In this document: positions 58,198-64,000 of the stretch, one piece after another | Position numbering within the stretch: position 1 is the first letter of the stretch | How the letters are laid out: the number at the start of each line of letters is the position of its first letter | DNA from: Tateyamaria sp. | GTDB taxonomy: Bacteria > Pseudomonadota > Alphaproteobacteria > Rhodobacterales > Rhodobacteraceae | Assembly (NCBI RefSeq): GCF_039940735.1 | Contig: NZ_JBDVGB010000054.1 | Coordinates: 380 to 64,379 of the forward strand | DNA length: 64,000 nt | Direction of reading: 5' to 3' | Program-made: the position numbers and the translations under genes | The notes under the pieces: model-generated | What the model saw: only the letters and a program-made list of their open reading frames with translations | The model's database searches: none | Told to the model about the DNA's origin: nothing

Positions 58198-58219
58198 GGC
58201 GGGTCAAGACCCGCCTTAC
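58198..58219. repeat. REP-like single copy
   Basis: GGCGGGTC-AA-GACCCGCC-TTAC between convergent genes. Confidence 0.75.
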
Positions 58220-58225
58220 ATGTCC

Positions 58226-59500
58226 TTACCGCACAAAGGCGTCGTCGAATCCAACGGCTCGGCTGGTCCGTAGCCCATTGTTCAGATCCGTAGAGGACGT
58301 AAACGGCCCGGCCAACACAACCTGATAGGTTTTGCTGCCACGTGTTACCTTGCCCAAGCGTGCAGGCAAACCGGCGCGCATAATCCGTTGAGCAGCAGCT
58401 TGCGCATTAGAAGGTTGCCCGTAGGTGCCGACCTGCACATAGCGTCCTTTGCCGGATGCTTTCGGTTTGGGTGCCGCACGTGTTGCTTGTTTCACCACAG
58501 GTGCTGGGGCCGTGCTGGTGGATACTGTCGGCGCGCGCGCCTTTGCTTTGTTTCGCACAATCCGCTTTTGCAACTGACCGTCGCGCCGCACCAAAGTGAC
58601 GGTGCCCAACTCGCGTTCCTGCGTCGCGGCGTCGGTGAATGGATAAACCAACGCCACTTTGGTGGTCACATCACGCCCGGTGTTACGTTCGATCAGGCGG
58701 CGCGGCACCGTTTGTGTCCAAACCAGCCGTGTGCGGGCAATGCCCTCTAGTGATTGCTCGGCCCGTCGCGTGTTCAGGCGGTCGTCTTGCCACACGCTGC
58801 GATAGCCGTCCGGGATGGGAAAAACACCCTCTTCTTGGCGGGAATCAAAGACATGGCGCGGGACAACGCGGGTTTGTGAACTAACCACCCGCTGGTTTGT
58901 CGCCGCGACCGTGCGTGTCGGTGCCTTGGCCACTTTGGGGGCTGCAACAACCGTAGGCGCTTGCGTTGGTGCGGGACGCTGGACAACCACGCGTTGGGCG
59001 GTTTTGGGCGCTGCAGGTTTAGGTTGGACGACCCTCGCGACCTGACGTGGCGCAGGTTTCCCGGCAGGTTGGGCCGCAGGCGCTTTCGCAACACGTGCAA
59101 CAGGCGCAGCTGGCTTAGGCACCGGTGTCGTGGCGGCCGCTACCGTAGGCGCGGCAGGCTGCGCAGCTTGGGGCAGTGTGATCTGTTCTACCGTATTGGC
59201 CGTGGCAGTCGCGCGCGGTGTCGTGCGCGCGGATTGCGCGGCCTGCGCGCTCAGTGATGGCTGCTGTCCACAAATGATCCGCCGCTGTCGGTTTACACGT
59301 GGCACCCAAGTGACATTGCCGTCTATGCCTGCGCGGATAAACACACAGCCTTGACTGTCCACATATTGCGCACCCCGATAAGAGGCAGGCGGAAACTCGG
59401 CCGGCGCTTGTACATTTCGTAGATTTTGCGCCTGCACACTGCCTGAAAAGGCACTGGCAGTCATGACGGCAACGGCGACAACACTTGTAAACTTCATCAT
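58226..59500 (-). CDS. SPOR domain-containing secreted protein
   Basis: Signal peptide, YVDSQGCVFIRAG, a Pro/Ala/Lys-rich linker and C-terminal YVQVGTYG...VLAGPF. Confidence 0.85.
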   Translation of the reverse strand: MMKFTSVVAVAVMTASAFSGSVQAQNLRNVQAPAEFPPASYRGAQYVDSQGCVFIRAGIDGNVTWVPRVNRQRRIICGQQPSLSAQAAQSARTTPRATATANTVEQITLPQAAQPAAPTVAAATTPVPKPAAPVARVAKAPAAQPAGKPAPRQVARVVQPKPAAPKTAQRVVVQRPAPTQAPTVVAAPKVAKAPTRTVAATNQRVVSSQTRVVPRHVFDSRQEEGVFPIPDGYRSVWQDDRLNTRRAEQSLEGIARTRLVWTQTVPRRLIERNTGRDVTTKVALVYPFTDAATQERELGTVTLVRRDGQLQKRIVRNKAKARAPTVSTSTAPAPVVKQATRAAPKPKASGKGRYVQVGTYGQPSNAQAAAQRIMRAGLPARLGKVTRGSKTYQVVLAGPFTSSTDLNNGLRTSRAVGFDDAFVR

Positions 59501-59566
59501 ATCCCCCACAAGATATAGAAGAAAAAGATGCCTCAAGCGGGCGTCAGAGTAAAGCGATCAGAGCGG

Positions 59567-60199
59567 CTATTTCGTGCCAAACATGCGATCTCCGGCGTCT
59601 CCAAGGCCCGGAACGATGTATCCAACCTCATTTAAACGGTCGTCAACGGCTGCTGTGACGATTGGAACGTCTGGATGAGCGTCCCGCATCCGAGCGATTC
59701 CCTCGGGCGCGGCCAGCAAACATAAGAATCGGATGTTGGTGGCGCCTGCCTGTTTCAGCAGATCAATCGCAGCCACCGAAGAATTGCCAGTGGCCAGCAT
59801 GGGATCGACCGCGATGACCAGCCTGTCCCCAAGACCCTCAGGAACTTTGAAGTAGTATTGCACAGGTTTCAGCGTCTCTTCGTCGCGATACAAACCAACA
59901 AACCCAACCCGCGCAGAAGGGACCAACTCCAAAACCCCATCAAGTAAACCGTTCCCGGCCCTCAGAATCGAAATCAGGGCCAATTTCTTACCGGCAAGCG
60001 TTGGCGCATCCATTTCCTGCATTGGAGTCGAAATCCGCTTTGTGGTCATGGCAAGGCCGCGCGTTACTTCGTAAGCCAGCAACTGGCTGATCTCGCGTAA
60101 CAACTGGCGGAACACAGCAGTGGATGTATCGCTATCCCGCATAAGAGTAAGCTTGTGCTGAACAAGAGGGTGGTCAACGACGGTCAAATGTTGCGACAT
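59567..60199 (-). CDS. upp: Uracil phosphoribosyltransferase
   Basis: [20 protein letters not shown] and PGLGDAGDR. Confidence 0.97.
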   Translation of the reverse strand: MSQHLTVVDHPLVQHKLTLMRDSDTSTAVFRQLLREISQLLAYEVTRGLAMTTKRISTPMQEMDAPTLAGKKLALISILRAGNGLLDGVLELVPSARVGFVGLYRDEETLKPVQYYFKVPEGLGDRLVIAVDPMLATGNSSVAAIDLLKQAGATNIRFLCLLAAPEGIARMRDAHPDVPIVTAAVDDRLNEVGYIVPGLGDAGDRMFGTK

Positions 60200-60250
60200 G
60201 AAACAGCTCCTTTACCACCCCTTTTGCCGTGCACTGGCACCCAAGACAAC

Positions 60251-60310
60251 TCCCTCTTTGGACCCTCTTTGGGTTTGAAATACCTCGGGGCTTGGGGCAG
60301 AGCCCCAAAA
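60251..60310. repeat. Intergenic palindromic element
   Basis: Tandem CCCTCTTTGG twice, then AAATACCTCGGGG and the hairpin TTGGGGC-AGA-GCCCCAA. It resembles dispersed Rhodobacteraceae intergenic repeats, from recollection only. Confidence 0.45.
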
Positions 60311-60353
60311 CACGTGCGTTAGCACAAATCAACCAAACGCACCGAATAGGTGC

Positions 60354-61523
60354 TCATCTGGGCGAAACGCCCAAATGGCGGGCGACCAGACCAGCGACAT
60401 CCGTAAACCCGACAAGACCCAAAGGCGGCCCGTCATAGCCCTCCACCAACACCGGCACGCGCTCGCGCGTGTGATCTGTGCCGATCCATGTGGGGTCATT
60501 GCCATGATCAGCCGTTAACACCAACAAATCACCTTGGCGCAATTGCGCACGCAAAAAAGCCAAGCGGGCATCGAACCACTCCAAATGACGTGCATAGCCG
60601 GCCACATCACGGCGATGACCATATAGGCTGTCGAACTCGACGAAATTGGCAAAGGTCAGGCTGCCATCCTCTGCGGTCGCGACCAAATCATCAAGATGAT
60701 CCATCAACGCTGCATCCGTCCCTTTGCGCACCTCGTCAAAGCCTTGATAAGAAAAGATGTCGCCGACTTTGCCCACGCCATAGACGCGGTGACCAGCGTC
60801 TTGGATCCAGTTGGACAGGATCGGGGCAGGGGGCGTAATGGCATAATCGCGCCGGTTGGGAGTTCGCTCAAATGCGCCGACCTCTCCGACGAAGGGGCGC
60901 GCAATAACGCGGCCCACGCGCATGTCGTGCAACATGGGTGCCACAGTGACGCACAGATCGAGCAAGCGGTCTAATCCAAAGGCTTCTTCGTGCGCTGCGA
61001 TCTGAAACACGCTGTCCACGGACGTATAACAAATGGGCCAGCCAGTCCGCAGGTGATCGGCCCCAAGGCGGGCAAGGATATCGGTGCCCGAGGCGTGGCA
61101 GTTGCCCAATATCCCATCGGTGCCAGCCGCCGCACAGACGGCCTGCGTGATCTCATCGGGAAATGCGGGATCGGCTTTGGGGAAATAGTGCCAGTCCCAT
61201 GGCACCGGAACGCCGGCCAGTTCCCAATGGCCCGAAGGGGTGTCTTTGCCTTGGGACACTTCTGTGGCTGCGCCCGACAACGTGTGCGCCGCGGTTCGCC
61301 CTTGCGCCAGCGCCATCACAGCAGGCAGGCCCATTTCGGTCAGGTTTGGGATCATCAGCGGGCCTTCGCGCCCAGAATTGGCCTGCCCATCAGCGCAAAC
61401 TTTGATGATGTGGCCCAATGTGTTCGCGCCGGTGTCAGGCACATCTGCGTTGAAAAAGGCATGCGCATCCGGCGCGCCGCCAATTCCAACCGAGTCCATG
61501 ACAACTAGAAAGGCGCGGGGCAT
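60354..61523 (-). CDS. deoB: Phosphopentomutase
   Basis: VMDSVGIG, GKDTPSGHWE, FVEFDSLYGHRRD and TADHGNDPT..GTDHTRE. Confidence 0.96.
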   Translation of the reverse strand: MPRAFLVVMDSVGIGGAPDAHAFFNADVPDTGANTLGHIIKVCADGQANSGREGPLMIPNLTEMGLPAVMALAQGRTAAHTLSGAATEVSQGKDTPSGHWELAGVPVPWDWHYFPKADPAFPDEITQAVCAAAGTDGILGNCHASGTDILARLGADHLRTGWPICYTSVDSVFQIAAHEEAFGLDRLLDLCVTVAPMLHDMRVGRVIARPFVGEVGAFERTPNRRDYAITPPAPILSNWIQDAGHRVYGVGKVGDIFSYQGFDEVRKGTDAALMDHLDDLVATAEDGSLTFANFVEFDSLYGHRRDVAGYARHLEWFDARLAFLRAQLRQGDLLVLTADHGNDPTWIGTDHTRERVPVLVEGYDGPPLGLVGFTDVAGLVARHLGVSPR

Positions 61524-62833
61524 CAGCCGATCCGATCAAGGATCAAGTCTGATTTCGGAGCGGCTTTGTCTGTTATTGTGATGGCAGCACGCAAAGCGGT
61601 TTCGGCGCGGTCAGCGTCGACCGCGCGTGCGGCATGAACAACGGCAAGTGGCTGACCGCGTTGAACTTTGGTCCCTAGACGCGCAACATCCGACAGGCCC
61701 ACTGCAAGGTTCAGCTTGTCGGTTTCGACCCTGCGCCCGCCACCCAAATTGACGACGGTAAAACCCAAAGCCTCGCCATCAATGGCTGTGATATACCCAG
61801 ATTGAAGCGCGGGAATCTCGCGGATCACAGTCGCTTCGGGCAGGAAACGCCACCAGCTTTCAACGAATTGCACTGGACCGCCCATCGCGGCAATCATGGC
61901 TCCGAACCGTTCGGCGGCGCGACCATCGGCAAGGGCTTGGATGATCGCGTCAGCACCGGCCTGCACGTCAGTGGCCAAACCCGCATTGGACAATAACACG
62001 CCACCAAGGCTGGCGCAGACTTCGATCAATGCGCCTTTTTTGACCTGACCCGTGAGCACACGCATGACTTCGTTGATCTCAAGCGCATTGCCAAGCGACG
62101 GCGCAAGCGGTTGGTTCATGTCGGTGATCAGCGCGGTGGTTTTGCAGCCCGCAGCATTGGCTGTCTTAACCAGCGCGTCCGCCAAGCCGCGCGCGGCTTC
62201 GACGTCTTTCATAAACGCGCCGGACCCAACTTTGACGTCCAGCACAAGGCCGTCCAAGCCCGCTGCCAGTTTCTTGGACAAGATCGAGGCCGTGATCAAA
62301 TCAAGGCTGTCGACCGTGGCTGTGACATCACGCACAGCATAAAGACGTTTGTCCGCCGGGGCGATGTCGGCGCTGGCGCTAACAATGGCGCAACCTGTGC
62401 GTTGGACCACATCAGTCAGGCGTTCAGGGCTTAGGTGCGTTGAAAGCCCGGGAATGGCGTGCAGTTTGTCCAATGTGCCGCCCGTATGGCCCAGCCCTTG
62501 GCCGGAAATCATCGGCACATAGGCACCGCAGGCCGCCAAAGCGGGCGCAAGCACAAGGCTGACGCAATCACCGACGCCGCCGGTGGAATGTTTGTCGAGC
62601 ACAGGACCGGGAAGGTCCCATGTCAGCACGCTACCTGAATCGCGCATCGCCATGGTTAAGGCCACGCGGCCCACGTCGCCCATACCGCTGAGGCACACGG
62701 CCATGGCAAAGGCACCTGCTTGCGCGTCGGTGACGGTGCCGTCGCCAAGGCCACGGGCAAACCAGTTCAATTCGTCGCGCGCCGGGGTCTGGCGTTTGGA
62801 CAACTTAGAGATAATGGCGCGGGCGTCGCTCAT
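61523..62833 (-). CDS. deoA: Thymidine phosphorylase
   Basis: DKHSTGGVGD, MISG.GLGHTGGTLDKL and SILSKKLAAG. Confidence 0.96.
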   Translation of the reverse strand: MSDARAIISKLSKRQTPARDELNWFARGLGDGTVTDAQAGAFAMAVCLSGMGDVGRVALTMAMRDSGSVLTWDLPGPVLDKHSTGGVGDCVSLVLAPALAACGAYVPMISGQGLGHTGGTLDKLHAIPGLSTHLSPERLTDVVQRTGCAIVSASADIAPADKRLYAVRDVTATVDSLDLITASILSKKLAAGLDGLVLDVKVGSGAFMKDVEAARGLADALVKTANAAGCKTTALITDMNQPLAPSLGNALEINEVMRVLTGQVKKGALIEVCASLGGVLLSNAGLATDVQAGADAIIQALADGRAAERFGAMIAAMGGPVQFVESWWRFLPEATVIREIPALQSGYITAIDGEALGFTVVNLGGGRRVETDKLNLAVGLSDVARLGTKVQRGQPLAVVHAARAVDADRAETALRAAITITDKAAPKSDLILDRIG

Positions 62834-63228
62834 GATGTTGTCTCCATATGGGCCGCACCAAAGGCCCCGGGCAAAAGGTCGGCCATGGTCATGACCTGTT
62901 CAACGCCGCCAGTGGTGGCCATTGTGACGCGCACATCGTGGGCCGCAAATTCGGCTAGTTTTTGGCGGCACCCGCCGCAGGGTGTCACAGGCATTGGGCT
63001 GCCTGCAACCACATAGGCTTCGGTGATGATGCGTTCGCCTGCGGCGACCATGGCGGCAATGGCCCCGGCTTCGGCACAGGTACCTTCGGGGTAGGCGACA
63101 TTTTCAACGTTGCAGCCTTGATAAATCGCACCTGACGCCGCGCGGATTGCAGCGCCCACCTGAAAATTGGAATAAGGGGCATGGGCGTTTAGGCGTACTT
63201 GGGTTGCTGCGTCTTTTAAATCGGTCAT
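62830..63228 (-). CDS. cdd: Cytidine deaminase
   Basis: PYSNFQVGA, NVEN, CAE and PCGGCRQ. Confidence 0.96.
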   Translation of the reverse strand: MTDLKDAATQVRLNAHAPYSNFQVGAAIRAASGAIYQGCNVENVAYPEGTCAEAGAIAAMVAAGERIITEAYVVAGSPMPVTPCGGCRQKLAEFAAHDVRVTMATTGGVEQVMTMADLLPGAFGAAHMETTS

Positions 63229-64000
63229 TACAAATCCTTACCGCCCTGCGCATGGGTCGCAAACACACCGGGCAGGGATACTTCCAACAGTTCAAGGTCG
63301 TCGGAAGGGTCAGCATAGCGCACGGCCATAGCAGGGGGAATAACAAAGGCGTCACCGGGCTCAAGGGGGAAAGGATCGCGTCCTTCCCCTTCGAGGATCA
63401 TGGTGCCGTTCATCACAAAGGTGAACAAGATATCGCTGGAATGCGAGGCCCAGCCCGTTTGACCACTGCTGCGCCGCGCCACTTGCACGCCGGCGACACC
63501 TTGGGTGCCGGTGGCGATGCCCGTGTCGCGCGCCTCAAAACCGGGCAACCGGAAGGGCGACCACGTGGCCTCAGAAATTTTGTGGTGCACAAAACGCTGC
63601 CCCTGAAAGCGACGTCTTGGGTTGGCAGGGCCGTTTGGCAGCTCCATCTCGTGATCAATGGTAGTGACGTGTTCGGCGGGCACGCCGATCTCAATCACTT
63701 CGATATTATCGGATGCAAACAACACACGGTGCCGGATTTCGGGCGGTTGGATCACACAACACCCTTCATGCAAACGGAAGGGTTCGCCCTGATCTTCATA
63801 GACCAGATCGACCCACCCTTTGTAGCAATAGATTAGCTGAAACCCGACGGTATGGTAATGTACCATGTCCGGCACTGGGCCGCCGTCGGGAATGCGGATG
63901 TGGCTGGCGATGATCGACCCGCCAAGGCGGTCGGGGATCAAATCGCGGTAATGCATGCCCGCGCGACCAATCACCCAAGGGGCCTGATCGGCAAGGCGGC
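63228..64000 (-). CDS. Cupin domain protein (bicupin-like), 5' end outside the window
   Basis: The frame is open to the window edge. VHYHTVGFQ..Y...GW, QPP.IRH and a second cupin half are present. Confidence 0.8.
   Translation of the reverse strand, partial: RLADQAPWVIGRAGMHYRDLIPDRLGGSIIASHIRIPDGGPVPDMVHYHTVGFQLIYCYKGWVDLVYEDQGEPFRLHEGCCVIQPPEIRHRVLFASDNIEVIEIGVPAEHVTTIDHEMELPNGPANPRRRFQGQRFVHHKISEATWSPFRLPGFEARDTGIATGTQGVAGVQVARRSSGQTGWASHSSDILFTFVMNGTMILEGEGRDPFPLEPGDAFVIPPAMAVRYADPSDDLELLEVSLPGVFATHAQGGKDL

Noticed and set aside
12930-58219. The GTAA hairpins as a CRISPR array
   Set aside because: The copies are dispersed, inverted and variable, with no regular spacers and no cas genes.

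Overview
Alphaproteobacterial chromosome segment; gene content and order point to the Roseobacter group (Rhodobacterales), which is an inference. From left to right: a partial patatin gene, abrB with a decayed GntR, tamB-tamA, an unusual ABC/cNMP protein, DUF3307, frmA and iorAB. Next is a lower-GC islet with an AfuABC-type transporter, a HAD phosphatase and a two-component system. Then a urease operon (ureDAB..C..EFG) interrupted by accessory genes, and a large aerobic cobalamin cluster with two B12 riboswitches and an antisense cobK. After that come a flavin monooxygenase with a nonsense codon, cobQ, hpcD, glyA, nadK, a SCO gene with two Cys/His-rich secreted proteins, a SPOR protein, and the nucleoside salvage genes upp, deoB, deoA and cdd. 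A GTAA-hairpin REP-like repeat occurs 7 times at 4 loci. I saw no rRNA, tRNA, CRISPR array, transposase or integrase. The best candidates for undescribed systems are: (1) the SCO plus two paralogous Cys/His secreted proteins; (2) the Tat-type cyclase-family hydrolase and AhpD-like gene inside the urease operon; (3) the AfuABC-HAD-TCS organophosphate islet; (4) the ATPase-degenerate ABC/cNMP protein with an apparent ATC start. All product calls come from recognising motifs by eye; no database searches were run.
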